From Dehalococcoidia bacterium (GTDB taxonomy: Bacteria > Chloroflexota > Dehalococcoidia > Bin125): DNA of 64,000 nt. The stretch is from assembly GCA_963555985.3 (NCBI GenBank), contig OY820591.1, forward strand, positions 2,080,001 through 2,144,000, given 5' to 3'. The notes beneath the pieces were generated by a model. That model saw only the letters and a list, made by a program, of their open reading frames with translations. It had not been told where the DNA came from and did not search any database. Each line of letters opens with the position of its first letter. Position 1 is the first letter of the stretch. This document shows, in pieces, positions 17,609 through 28,308 of the stretch. A program made the translations under genes and the position numbers.

Positions 17609-18646
17609 CTATTCGGGCCGGGTTTCGGCCAGGAACTGCAACAGGGTTCGGTTCGTGAAGTCGGGCGCTTCTTCGGGGAAGAAGTGTCCTGCGCCGGGCA
17701 CGCCGACGGCGCGCAGGTCGGGGAAGTACATCGGAAACTGGTCGAAGAAGGGATTGCCGGAGGGAATTTCCGTGCTGGGCTCACTGTCGGGCGTGAGGCG
17801 GGAATTGCCGTACATCCAGAGAGCAGGCTTCTCGAAGCGCTTGTGGCGATCCTCGGGGCCGTACTCCATGAACTCGCGGCCCCAGGGGTGATCGTTGAGG
17901 CCGCGCCGCCAGACTTCGCCGACCTGGGCTGAGGTCAGCCGCTCGCAGCGGTAGCCGCCGGCGACCTGATCGTCGGCGTGCATTCGGTGGAAGGGCAGCG
18001 CATGGCGGTAGTAGGAGATGGCGGCGGCGTGGGAGCCGGGATCGGCGAAGGCGTCTTTGTAGACGCGCACATCCTTATCGGTCGCCCAGCGGTTGGGCGA
18101 GAGCCTGCGTCCGACTGACCATGGGGACTCCGGCCAACCGGGCAGTTCCGGATCGGATTCTCCGGTGAAGATCGCCTCGATGAACTGCTCGTGGTATTCG
18201 GCGTAGAAATGCTCGGGCAGGGGTCGCGCCTTGAACCAGAAGCCGTGGATGGCGAACGGCGTCCAGACCGTGCAAAGGGTGTCCATCAGCGCCGTGCGCG
18301 AGACCCGTTCGGGCCAGTCGATGACGACTTTGAAGCCGATGATGCCGCCCCAGTCGTGTCCGACCAGGGCGACCTCGTCAATGTCGAAGTGATCCAGCAC
18401 GCCCACCATGTCGGCGGCGAGGGTGCGGCGCGAGACCGGGCCGGGGGGTTTGTCGGAGTCGCCGTAGCCGCGCGTATCAGGGACGATCACGCGGTAGCCG
18501 GCGTCGACCAGGGCAGGAATCTGGTAGCGCCATTCATACGAGGTCTCGGGGAAGCCGTGGATCAGGAGGACGGGTTCGCCGTCGGACGGACCGTCGGTGA
18601 GGACGTTGATGCGGATCCCGTTGGAGTCGATGCGCTGGGTTTCCAT
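17609..18646 (-). CDS. Alpha/beta hydrolase, epoxide hydrolase/dehalogenase type
   Basis: HGFPE, PDTRGYGDSDKP, nucleophile GHDWG, GHFFPEE; alternative GTG start at 18670. Confidence 0.88.
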   Translation of the reverse strand: METQRIDSNGIRINVLTDGPSDGEPVLLIHGFPETSYEWRYQIPALVDAGYRVIVPDTRGYGDSDKPPGPVSRRTLAADMVGVLDHFDIDEVALVGHDWGGIIGFKVVIDWPERVSRTALMDTLCTVWTPFAIHGFWFKARPLPEHFYAEYHEQFIEAIFTGESDPELPGWPESPWSVGRRLSPNRWATDKDVRVYKDAFADPGSHAAAISYYRHALPFHRMHADDQVAGGYRCERLTSAQVGEVWRRGLNDHPWGREFMEYGPEDRHKRFEKPALWMYGNSRLTPDSEPSTEIPSGNPFFDQFPMYFPDLRAVGVPGAGHFFPEEAPDFTNRTLLQFLAETRPE

Positions 18647-18695
18647 CTGACGCTCCGATCGCTGTGTCACGCAGGCTAGCGCGGAGCGGCGGTCG

Positions 18696-19133
18696 TCAGT
18701 CGAGGTAGCGGCGCAGGAGGGGGGTGAAACCGGCTCTGGTGAACTCTTGGTCGGCGGTGAGGATGCTGGTGATGCCGTATTCGCGCATGATCACGATGGC
18801 GACGCAATCTTGGAGCGAGAACGTGGAGCTGGCGAACTCGCCCGCGTAGAGGTCGAGTGCGGCTTCCATCAGCGCCACATCGTGCGGTACGACGGTGTAG
18901 TTGGGATTGGCCCGAATGGCCTGCAAACTCCGTGCGACCCGCACTCGCACTGCCGTGGGCGTACGCGAGAAGTGCGCCAGGGTTTCCAGGATCGCGCCGT
19001 CGCTGGTCACCAGCGGCTGCTGGGGGTCGAGGTCGGCGGCGGCCTGCTCAGACACTACGCGCCAGTCGTCCCGCCGAGCTCGCTGCGCGATCAAGTGGAC
19101 GCTATCGACGAATATCGACTCCGCGCCGGCCAC
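18696..19133 (-). CDS. vapC: PIN-domain toxin
   Basis: IFVDS...ILETL...SLQDC...ILTADQEF acidic PIN motifs. Confidence 0.82.
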   Translation of the reverse strand: MAGAESIFVDSVHLIAQRARRDDWRVVSEQAAADLDPQQPLVTSDGAILETLAHFSRTPTAVRVRVARSLQAIRANPNYTVVPHDVALMEAALDLYAGEFASSTFSLQDCVAIVIMREYGITSILTADQEFTRAGFTPLLRRYLD

Positions 19134-19348
19134 TACGCATCGCTCGGCTGGCGGAATCGCTCAAGGTAGGCATCGATGTCGTCCGCCGCCGGACCAAGCT
19201 CTTCCGGATCAACAGGGCCGATCATGCGTTGGAGCAACTCCTGCGTCGTCGGAGCGCCTGGTTCGCGCGGCTGAACTGGGACGTACCAACTGGGGCGCTC
19301 GCGCGGTTCGTTGGCGTCGGCGCCGTTGGGGGTTGGGTCTTGCGGCAT
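19133..19348 (-). CDS. Probable cognate antitoxin of the PIN toxin
   Basis: Small acidic ORF with RBS CAGGAG; stop overlaps vapC start; C-terminal DDIDAYL typical of VapB-like proteins. Confidence 0.65.
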   Translation of the reverse strand: MPQDPTPNGADANEPRERPSWYVPVQPREPGAPTTQELLQRMIGPVDPEELGPAADDIDAYLERFRQPSDA

Positions 19349-19400
19349 GGCGGTCTCCTGCGGGTATTTTACCGCCAATTGCCCCGCCCCGGATTGGGGC

Positions 19401-19450
19401 GGGGTGTTCGGTCTTGTTCGGATTTGTTCGACTGTGTGCGGATTTGGGGG
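19401..19450. repeat. 10-bp-period tandem array next to a GC hairpin (19382-19404)
   Basis: ggggtgttcg/gtcttgttcg/gatttgttcg/actgtgtgcg/gatttggggg. Confidence 0.8.
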
Positions 19451-19519
19451 TGTTTGGCTGCGGATGTGTTGCTGCGTGCGGGTTGGTCCGGGCGGCGGCT
19501 ACTTCGGCGCGGGGATGGG

Positions 19520-22500
19520 CTAGCTTTCGGTGGAGTTGACCCAAGAGCTGTCGTAGCCCCTGGTTCTGCCGTCGACCTCTATCGACAGGGTGGCTTTGAC
19601 GCGGGTGTTGCTGATGCCGCCGGCGGTGCCGTTGACGCTCAGCGAGTCACTCGTCGTCGGGGCAACTGTTTTCCATGCCTTCCAATCATGGACGTTCTGC
19701 ACCTCATAGCCGATCTTGACGCCCGCGGTGGCGTTGTCGCTCCGCTCCCAACTCACGGTCAGACCGCAGATGCCCAGCCAGTTGCAGGTCCCGCTGTGCG
19801 TAACATTCTGCGGCTGATGGGGGATGGTGGCGAAGGCGACTCGGGCGATGGCGGTGGTGCAGGCGGCGTCGCTGTAGGCGTGGTACTCGTAGACGGTGAC
19901 CGAGGTGAGGCCGCTGACGTCTTGGGTGGTCGTGCTGCTGGCCGAGGAGCAGGTTCCGACCGTCGGACTGGTCTGCTTGACGTACCAGTTGCCGGTGTGG
20001 TCGGCGATCGTCAGGGTGGTGCTGGTCGGGCCGTTGACCCAGGGCGCGCTGAGCGATGAGGCGAGCGTGGTGAAGCTGACGCTGGCGATCTTCGTGCTAC
20101 AGGTGGAGTCGGAGTAAGCGTCGTAGGTGTAGCTGGTACCGGCGGTCAGGCTGCCCTGGTTGTAGGTGGTCCCGCCGATCGCGCCTGAGCAGGTACCGAC
20201 GGGCGTGGGGACGGTCTTCTTCACGTACCAGTTGCCCGTGTGCCCGGCAATCGTCAGCCTTGCCGAATCGTGGTCGATCCAATCGGCGGTGAGCGAGGCC
20301 AGCGTGGTGAAGGAGGCGCTAGCGAGCTTCGTGCTGCACGTGGAGTCGGAGTAGGCGTCGTAGGCGTAGGCGGCGCCGGCGGTCAGTCCGGTCAGGTCCA
20401 CGGCGGCGGTGTTGGCCGCGACGGGACCCTGGCAGGTCGTATGCGGCGCGATGTCCGCCTTGTAGTACCAGGCGGCGGTGTGGTTGGCAATGGTCAGCGT
20501 GGCTGTGGTGTCGGCAATCGCGCTGGCGGTCAGCGAGTGGGTGCTGAATGTCTCGCTGGCGAGTTCGGTGGCGCAGCCGGAATCGGAGTATGCCTTGTAG
20601 ATGTAGGCGGCGCCGGCGGTCAGGCCGGTCAGGTCCACGGCGGCGGTGTTGGCCGCGACGGGACCTTGGCAGGTCGTGTGCGGTGCGGCGTTGGCTTTGT
20701 ACCACCACTGCGCGGTGTGCCCGGCGATAGTCAGTGTGGTCGTGGTGTCAGCGATGGCGCTGGCGGTCAGCGACAGCGGCGTGGTGAAGGCGGCCGCCGC
20801 GGCCATCAGGTTGGCGGTCGTGCAGGCGCTGTCGCTGTAGGCCGAGAAGGTGTAGGAAGCGCCCGGCGAGAGATCGCTCAGGGTGACCGAACTCGTATTC
20901 GCGGCGACGGACGTACAGGTCGTCTGGCCCGTGGTCGTGGATTTGTAGTACCAGGCGGCGGTGTGCCCGGCGATGGTCAGCGTCGCGCTCGTGGCGGTGA
21001 TGCTGCCGGCGCTGAGCGAAACTGTGGACGCCGAGCTCGACCAGGCGCCGCGCAGATAGCCCTGGTCGGCGCGGACGCGGACATGGGTCCAGGCGGTCTG
21101 CGAGGTGGTCAGGGTCGTGGTCGCGGTCAGCGAGGCGCTCGACGTAGCGGCGACCGTCGCGCACTGGCTCCAGGTCGAGTTGTCGCTGCTGCACTGGACG
21201 ACGTAGGAGAGGTCTCCGCTTGCGCCGGACGGCTTGTCCCAGCCGATCGTGTAGGTGACGGTCGTGCCAACGGTGCTCACGCTGCTCACGGCGATGTTGC
21301 CCGGCGCGGCGGGCGCGGTGCCCGAGGGCACGCCGATGCTGACCCAGCCGCTCACGCGCTGCGCCTGGCTTGCACGGATGCGCACGTTGGTCGCCGTGCC
21401 GGTCACGCTGGGCGAGACGTAGAAGTTCGCGGTCTGGCTGGCGGCTTCTGTGTGGCAGTCGCTCCAGGTGTACGGAGTGCTGGAACTCGTGGTGCATTGC
21501 ACGTCATAGGCGTAGTCGCCGGTGACGGAGACGGGCCGGTTCCACCAGACCTTGAGCGCGCCGTCGTGGTACTGAGCGCCGGCGCCGGCGGGTTCCGAGA
21601 CCTCGGGATAGGAGCTGAGCCAGAGGCTGCGCTGTCCAGCGCTGACCGCTTGCACGCGCATGCGCTGGATGCGGTTCTGGCTCTGGGCGTTGGCGATGGC
21701 GTAGCCGAGGCTCGACGATTGCGACTGTTTGGCCGATTGACTGTTCTGTTGGCTGACGGTGTAGGTGACGCTCGAGGACAAGGACTGATTGCTGGTGGAG
21801 GCGATGTCGGGCGGGCAGGGCGTGTGCGTCCAGTCGTTGCCGCTGGTCTGGGCGCTGCACTCGATCTCGTAGGAGAAGGCCTGCGCGGCGCTCGCGCCGG
21901 CCGGCTTCTCCCAGTACAGCGTGGTGGTCACCTGCGAGGCGTTTTGAGTAGTAGTGGAGGTCAACTTCGTGGACGTCTGCGCCTGGGCTTGCGTGGCGGC
22001 GGGCGCGTTCGCGTTCTGCCAGATGCCGCCCAGCCGGTTCATGGAGGCGACCGCGACGATGTAGGCCTGGCTGTCGCTGACGCCCTCGATCACGGTTGAG
22101 ACGCCGCTGCGCGGGTCGGCGGCGGTGGCGGGCACGTTCTTGATCCGGGTCCAGGACTTGCCGCTGTCGGCGCTGAGGTTGACGGCGTAGTGGGTGATCG
22201 GGGTGTGGCCGGTGCAGGAGCCGTCGCTGAAGTCGCAGATGTTCCAGAAGACGTCGATTTCGCCAGAGGTCGTGCGCGCGGTGGCCAGGTTGGTGACCCA
22301 ATGGGGGTTCTGGATGCCTCGGGCGGGGGCGGAGTTCTTCCAGGGTCCGATCGCGTTGTTCTCGCGCGCGCGGACGGCGACGGTGATCTCGCCGGCCGTG
22401 TGGTGGGTCGAGTCGATGATCTTGAACTTGGTCGCGTTGAGGTTGCCGGCGACGGTCGTCCAGCTGATGCCGCCGTTCCAGCTCTTGCGCACGTCGTAGC

Positions 22501-23855
22501 CGGTGGCGCCCGTGACGGCGCTCCACTCGGCGTCGATGAAGCCCTGGCCGCGGTAGGCGTTGACGCTGGCGGGCTTGGCGGGCAGTCCGGGGATGGCGAC
22601 CTCGGCGCTGGTCTGGTTCTCGCCGAAGCGCGTCCGCACGCTCACGACCACGCGCTGGTCGGCGGACTGCTCGCCGCTGAGGGTGATGGCGACGTTGCTG
22701 CCGGAGGTGTAGCTGGTCAGCGTCTTGACCTGGGACCAGGTGGCGCCGCCGTTCTGGCTGAGGTCGATGCGCCAGCCGGTGATCGGTGTGCCGCCGTTGC
22801 ACTCGGCGTTGCTGATGTCGCACTGGGTCCAGCTGACGGTGAGGGCGTTGCCGCTGCGGCTGGCGCTGAGGTTGGTGACCGCCAGGGGGACCGTGACGGG
22901 GTGGATTTCGCCGGAGTAGCTCCAGAGGCCGGCGCCCTTGTCGTCGCGGGCGCGGACGCGCAAGACGTGCCAGAAGTAGTTGGGAATGCCGACCGGGCTG
23001 TCGGGATCAGTGAGCCGCGCGGAGGTGCCCGTCACGTTGGTCGCGCCGCGCTTCCACCAGTAGCCGGACAGGCCGAACTCGACGTCGTAGCCGGTCGCGC
23101 CCGTGACCGCGCTCCACTCGGCGTCGATGAAGCCCTTGCCGTCGCTGCCGCGATAGCCGACGACGGAGGCGGGCCCGGCGAGCGTCTGCGGGGCGATCGC
23201 GGAGGAGTTGCGCCAGCCGCTCCAGCCGGTCGCGTTGCCGGCGCGCACGCCGACCACGTAGGTCGCGTTGTTATCGACGCCGCTGATCGTGATGCTGGTC
23301 GCCGAGTGGTTGTCGTCGGGGTCGGCGGCGGACACCCAGTTCCAGGCGCCGTTGACGCTGTAGGTGATGTGGTACTTATCAGCTCCACTGACGCTGTAGC
23401 CGGTGACGGTCAGCGAGCCGTCGGAGCGGGTCACGTTCACGCTGGTCGGCGTGGCCGGTACCGGGTTGACCGGGCCGAAGGCCTGCGAGTTGATCCAGGA
23501 GCTGCCGAGGCCGTCCTTCCAGGCCTGCACGGCGACGATGTAGGTCTTGGCCGCCTCGAGGCCGGTGATCGTGGTGTGTCTGGCGCTGACGTCGCTGACC
23601 GCGCGAGTCCAGCTCCAACCGCCGTCCGAGGTCCAGTTGACGTTGTAGGTCACTCCCGAAGTGGGAGATCCTTGCCAGGAGACGTAGATCGTGCTGTCGC
23701 CGGTGCGGTTCGGCGCGTCAAATCCGGCGGGCGGTTCGGGCGGGGATTGGGCCGCGACGGGCGAGACGGAGCAGAGGGCGGCAAAGGCGAGCAGGGTCAA
23801 CAGTAGCGCGGTCGGCCAGCGTCGCCGGATCTCGCGGGGGGGGGGGGGCTCTCAT
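19520..23855 (-). CDS. Large secreted fibronectin type III repeat protein; 5' end currently out of frame at a C13 tract
   Basis: Multiple FN3-like units (W...Y.V...L....Y.V.VRA), SxDGGxSW Asp-box-like motifs, five Cys-containing ~79-aa repeats; open frame 19520-23800; ATG 23855 is in frame only with C12 or C15. Confidence 0.8.
23836..23848 (-). repeat. Homopolymer G13 (C13 on coding strand)
   Basis: Counted directly; lies between ATG 23855 and the signal-peptide hydrophobic region. Confidence 0.9.
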
Positions 23856-23985
23856 GCAAGTTTACGACGCTTCACTTCGGCGAAACGATTTACGGGCTCA
23901 GGTTAGCATTTCCGTCATTAGGGTGCTGGGGGGTGGCTGGGCGCAGGTATGAGGGAGCTCATTGACGGATGCACAAGTCTCCGAA

Positions 23986-24045
23986 CGCGGGAATCCGGAT
24001 GTCACTCGAGACGCCGCATGGATTCCCGCGTGCGCGGGAATGACG
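23986..24045. repeat. CGTC-tagged REP (dRS3-like ATTCCCGCG-TG-CGCGGGAAT) plus degenerate partner
   Basis: GGATTCCCGCGTGCGCGGGAATGACG at 24020-24045; half-site GCGGGAATCC near 23986. Confidence 0.75.
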
Positions 24046-24067
24046 GAATTTGGGATTACGCGCAGGT

Positions 24068-24150
24068 CTCCTTTGAGAGAGGGCTGAGGTGAGGGTTGGC
24101 CGCTCTTTGTCCGCTGTGTAGCCCTCACCCTCTCCCAGAGGGAGAGGGGA
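24068..24150. repeat. CCCTCACC/CCTCTCCC-type palindromic repeat pair
   Basis: GAGAGAGGGCTGAGGTGAGGG ... GCCCTCACCCTCTCCCAGAGGGAGAGGG. Confidence 0.6.
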
Positions 24151-24184
24151 TCGGAAGAAGGGGAGGGGGACTCCGAGTGGCTGA

Positions 24185-25162
24185 CTAGTCGAAGGCGGGG
24201 AGGACTTCGTTGACGACGCGGTCGTACATGGCCTGTTGGTCGTAGCCGACGAGGCGGAGAGTGATCGTGGTGGCGCCGGCGTTGACGTAGGACTGGATGT
24301 CGGCGATGCACTGCTCGGGTGTGCCCATGGCGACCCAGAGGCCGAGCATCTCGTCGGAATACTCGGTGTTGTAGTAGGCCTCGAGGTAGCGGCGGGACTC
24401 GTCGAGGGCGGCCTGGCGGTCGTCGTTGACGTTGATGTTGTAGTAGATGCAGACCTCGAAGTCGTCGGGCAGTTGGCGGCCTTCTTCGGCGGCGTAGCGG
24501 CGGATGTCGGCCATGTACGCCTCGACGATCGCAGGCGGTTGGAAGGTCGTCATCCAGCCATCGCCGAGCCGCGCCGTGCGGCGCAGCCCGGCCTCGCGGT
24601 TGCGGGTCAGATTCGGGCGCGGATTCGACGTCACCCAGATCGGGATCGGCCGCTGGACCGAGCGCGGCTCGATCGTGACATTGTCGAAGTCGTTGTACTC
24701 GCCGTGGTAGGAGGCGTTGTCCTCCGAGGTCAGCAAGCGCATGACTTCGATCGCTTCTTCCATCCGCTTCATGCGCGACTCGGGCGCGACGCAGAAGGCG
24801 TCGAACTCGTGCAGCATGTCGCCGCCGCCGGGCGCGGCCTGGCCCATGCAGGCGGCGAAGATCGAGCGTCCGTTGGACATGAAGTCGAGCGAGGCGTACT
24901 GATAGGCGAGCAGCAGGGCGTCGCGCAGCGGGGTTGAGGCGAAGCAGGCCGGTCCGATTTTGACGCGCTCGGTGACCACCGCCAGCGCGGACATGAGGCC
25001 GAGCGCATCCAGTCGCGGCTTGGCCAGGATCGAGTCGCCGACCCAGATGCTGTCCCAGCGTTCGTCGGCGTCGGCTTGCTGTGCGAGCGCGATCATGTCG
25101 TCTAGCGTTGAGGCGCCGGTGACGACGCCCCGGTTTGAGAGTGTGAGTCCGAATTTGACCAT
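24185..25162 (-). CDS. Luciferase-like (LLM) flavin/F420-dependent oxidoreductase
   Basis: MVKFGLTLSNRG, DSIWVGDSILAKPRLDA, PIPIWV, ARLGDGW. Confidence 0.9.
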   Translation of the reverse strand: MVKFGLTLSNRGVVTGASTLDDMIALAQQADADERWDSIWVGDSILAKPRLDALGLMSALAVVTERVKIGPACFASTPLRDALLLAYQYASLDFMSNGRSIFAACMGQAAPGGGDMLHEFDAFCVAPESRMKRMEEAIEVMRLLTSEDNASYHGEYNDFDNVTIEPRSVQRPIPIWVTSNPRPNLTRNREAGLRRTARLGDGWMTTFQPPAIVEAYMADIRRYAAEEGRQLPDDFEVCIYYNINVNDDRQAALDESRRYLEAYYNTEYSDEMLGLWVAMGTPEQCIADIQSYVNAGATTITLRLVGYDQQAMYDRVVNEVLPAFD

Positions 25163-25214
25163 GACGAACCTCCCTGTCGTGGGCGTAGGGTAGATCGAGG
25201 GGGAGGAGTCTGCG

Positions 25215-26174
25215 TCAGCGGAAGGCGGGCAGGATTTCGTCAACGATGCGCCGGTATTGGGGCAGCTGGTCGCTGCCGGCGATGCGGATCGTGATCGTGG
25301 TCGCGCCTGCGTCGATGTACTGCTGAATGCCGTCGATACAGCGCTCCGGCGGCCCGTAGGTGCACCAACGATCCACGGCTGCGGGCGAGTGGTCGAGCAT
25401 GTAGTAGTCGTCCAGGTAGCGCTTGGCGTCGCGGAAGGCGAGCTCGCGGTCGTCGTTGACGTTGAGCGTGCAGTAGACATGCACCTCATAGTCGTCGGGC
25501 AGTTTGCGGCCTTGTTCGGCAGCGTAGCCGCGAAGCTCGGTGAGGTATTCGGCTACGAGCGGCGGGGTCAGAGTCACCGTCATCCAGCCGTCGCCCAAGC
25601 GCGCTGCGCGAGAGAGTCCACGCTTACGGTTTACGGGATCGTCGGGGCGGGCGTTGGAGACGACCAGGATCGGAATCGGCCGCTGCACCGAGCGCGGCTC
25701 AATCGTGATGTCGTCGAAGTCGTTGTAGCGCCCGTGATAGGAGGCGTGGTCTTGGGAGGTGACCAGGCGAATGATCTCGATCGCCTCCTCCATCCGCCCG
25801 GAGCGAGTCTTGGGCGCGACGTTGAAGTCTGCAAACTCAGAGTTCTCCGGCGCTCCCTGACAGGCCGCGAAGATCAGCCGTCCCTGCGAGATCACGTCGA
25901 TCGCGGCTAGCTGATAGGCCAAGAGCAGGGCCGGCCGGATCGGCGTGGTCGCAAAGCAGCCCGGGCCAATCCGCACGCGCTCGGTGAGGGCGGCCAACGC
26001 GCTCATCAGCGAAAGCGCGTCCAGACGCGGCTTGGCGGTGATCGAATCGCCGACCCAGATGCTGTCCCAGCGCTCGTCGGCGTCGACGAGGCGGGCGAGG
26101 TCGAACATGTCCTCGAGCGAGGAGTCGCCGGTCACGAGTCCACGGTTGGAGAGGGTGAAGCCGAATTTGGTCAT
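25215..26174 (-). CDS. LLM-class oxidoreductase (tandem paralogue)
   Basis: MTKFGFTLSNRG, DSIWVGDSITAKPRLDA; close paralogue of 24185-25162. Confidence 0.9.
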   Translation of the reverse strand: MTKFGFTLSNRGLVTGDSSLEDMFDLARLVDADERWDSIWVGDSITAKPRLDALSLMSALAALTERVRIGPGCFATTPIRPALLLAYQLAAIDVISQGRLIFAACQGAPENSEFADFNVAPKTRSGRMEEAIEIIRLVTSQDHASYHGRYNDFDDITIEPRSVQRPIPILVVSNARPDDPVNRKRGLSRAARLGDGWMTVTLTPPLVAEYLTELRGYAAEQGRKLPDDYEVHVYCTLNVNDDRELAFRDAKRYLDDYYMLDHSPAAVDRWCTYGPPERCIDGIQQYIDAGATTITIRIAGSDQLPQYRRIVDEILPAFR

Positions 26175-26250
26175 GGGAGCTCCTATAATTGTCAGTAGGG
26201 TACCGTCGCTGTTGCGGCGCGATGTTTTCTGACCGAACGCTGGAGACGGA

Positions 26251-27489
26251 ATGGCCTTCGACATCGAGCGGCGCGATGCGGCGATCTTCTTTCGCGGCCA
26301 ACTGACTCGAAGCCAAGCAGTACGTGGCGCGTGCTCAGCGCTGCACCAAGCAGTGAATGAGCGCGGCTATCGAGATGTGGCTCTCGACTTCTCCGAGTGC
26401 AGTGCAGCGACGGAGGCGTTCATACTCCCCCTTCTTCCAATCGTTGCGAATTATCGCGAGGTTGATGGTGTGAGATTCGATATCACACTGCCTAGGTCAA
26501 ATGACCTCTACCGCCTCTTCAGCAATGCGAACTGGGCCTATCTCATCGAGCCCGAGCGCTTTTCTCCGAGCTCATTTTCGGACCAGCACATTCCCGTTCA
26601 GCACTACCACACCGAAACTGAGATGCAGGACATCCTCGATCAAATGCTGGAGTTCTTCATTCGTCAGCCGGGCATAAGGAAGTCGGTCCTCATTGCACTT
26701 GAGTGGGCGTTGGGTGAGATCATGGATAACGTGATTCGTCATGCAGAGTCGGAGGTCGGTGGTTTTATCCAGGCAACCGCCTACGGCAATGGGGCTGAGT
26801 TCATTGTCGCCGATGCCGGAATCGGGATCCCGCGGTCTCTCAGAATTCGAGATCCAGAAACCGCCCTCAGCGAGGCCATTCAAACGCTCCGCACCCGAGA
26901 CGACAAAGTGGGTCAGGGAAACGGGCTGTTCGGCACTTATCGGCTCGGCAGTCTTTCTCCTGGCCAATTCGAACTCCTGTCGGACCGGGCCGTGCTCTAC
27001 CACGATCAGCGACGAGGCATACCAGTGACTCGGTTTCAGAGTATCCCGTATCTGGGGACATCAGTCCGTTGTCGGATCGGCTCCAATGATCCCGCACTGC
27101 TGGAACGCGCGCTTGAGATCGGCGGGCGCAGTGGACTACCTGTGTACAATTATGTAGAGAGAGTCTTCGAATCGGAAGCAGGTGAACTGGTGTTCCGGGT
27201 AAAGGAACGAGCCGAGCGAGACGTGAACTCCCGACGGTCAGGCGCGCGAGTACGACGGCAAATCGAGAATTTGCTGGCCGAGGAGGACCATGTCGTGATC
27301 GACTTTGATGGCGTCGATGTCATCTCCAGCAGCTTCGCTGATGAGGTCTTCGGCCGATTGTTCCTTGAGCTCGGACCGGTAACGTTCGCGTCCCGCATTC
27401 CCTTGCGAAACACGAACGAGACCGTCCGTGGGCTGATCGACCGTGCGATCGTCCAGCGAACGCGTCTCACGGACAGCTCGTCGCGTTAG
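26251..27489 (+). CDS. STAS-like / GHKL ATPase (anti-sigma kinase-like) / STAS-like (DUF4325) protein
   Basis: EIMDNVIRHA (N box), DAGIGI (G1), GQGNGL (G2), C-terminal VVIDFDGVDVISSSFADEVFG; lower GC than neighbours. Confidence 0.78.
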   Translation: MAFDIERRDAAIFFRGQLTRSQAVRGACSALHQAVNERGYRDVALDFSECSAATEAFILPLLPIVANYREVDGVRFDITLPRSNDLYRLFSNANWAYLIEPERFSPSSFSDQHIPVQHYHTETEMQDILDQMLEFFIRQPGIRKSVLIALEWALGEIMDNVIRHAESEVGGFIQATAYGNGAEFIVADAGIGIPRSLRIRDPETALSEAIQTLRTRDDKVGQGNGLFGTYRLGSLSPGQFELLSDRAVLYHDQRRGIPVTRFQSIPYLGTSVRCRIGSNDPALLERALEIGGRSGLPVYNYVERVFESEAGELVFRVKERAERDVNSRRSGARVRRQIENLLAEEDHVVIDFDGVDVISSSFADEVFGRLFLELGPVTFASRIPLRNTNETVRGLIDRAIVQRTRLTDSSSR

Positions 27490-27516
27490 GAGACAGCGCG
27501 TCCACGCCTGCGATTG

Positions 27517-28308
27517 CTAGACCCCTAGACCGCGGAGGGCAAACTCTCTGACGGCCTCCGCCAGGGCTTCCGGCGCTTCCAGGTCGGCGACGTGGGCGGC
27601 GCCTGCGAGCTCGATCTGCTGGGCGCCGGGGATGGCGCTGCGCCAGATGTCGCCCATCGCTTTGGCGACGACCTTGTCGTTCTCGCTGGTGGCGATCAGC
27701 GTGCGCGTGTCGATTCGGGCGAGACGGCGGCCGACGCCGGTGTCGGGGATGGGCCAGAGGAACTTAGCGCTGGCGCGCAGATCGAGCAGCTCTCCGACGT
27801 AGGCGTCAAGCGGGTCGCGGTCGGCCATGAGCAGGGCGGTGCGCTGATCGGGATTGCTGAACAGAACTGCGGTGGGGAACCCGGGGTGCTGGGCGAACAT
27901 GTCCTCGCCCGGATGCTCTTCCGACCAGAGACCGAGCGGATTGATCAGCGTGAGCGACTGCACCGCATCGGGGCGAATCGCTGCGATTTCGGCGGCGATC
28001 CAGGCGCCGATGCTCACACCGACCAGGTGGGCAGAACCGACGCCGACGGTGTTGAGCAGATCGACGTTGAAGAGCACTAGGTCGAGCGCGTCGCGGACGC
28101 CGGGCAAGTCGTCTTTGGCCGGCCCCCAGCCAGGCTGATAGGGCGCGATCACGTCGAAGTCGTTGGCGAGTTCGGCGATTGCGCCACCCCAGCGGGGGAT
28201 GCCGGTGACGGGATGGAGGAAGAGCAGGGGCGGACCTTCGCCGCCGCGCCAGACGTGCGCGGTCTGTCCGCCCGGGCTGAGATCGAGGGTTGAGAGTTCG
28301 GGCATCAT
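27517..28308 (-). CDS. Alpha/beta fold hydrolase
   Basis: GGEGPPLLFLH, nucleophile GVSIG, AAHVADLEAP; ATGA overlap with upstream LLM gene, RBS CAGGAG. Confidence 0.88.
   Translation of the reverse strand: MMPELSTLDLSPGGQTAHVWRGGEGPPLLFLHPVTGIPRWGGAIAELANDFDVIAPYQPGWGPAKDDLPGVRDALDLVLFNVDLLNTVGVGSAHLVGVSIGAWIAAEIAAIRPDAVQSLTLINPLGLWSEEHPGEDMFAQHPGFPTAVLFSNPDQRTALLMADRDPLDAYVGELLDLRASAKFLWPIPDTGVGRRLARIDTRTLIATSENDKVVAKAMGDIWRSAIPGAQQIELAGAAHVADLEAPEALAEAVREFALRGLGV

Noticed and set aside
19520-23800. Diversity-generating retroelement target/template pair in the FN3 repeats
   Set aside because: Differences between repeats are not adenine-specific and no reverse transcriptase is present.
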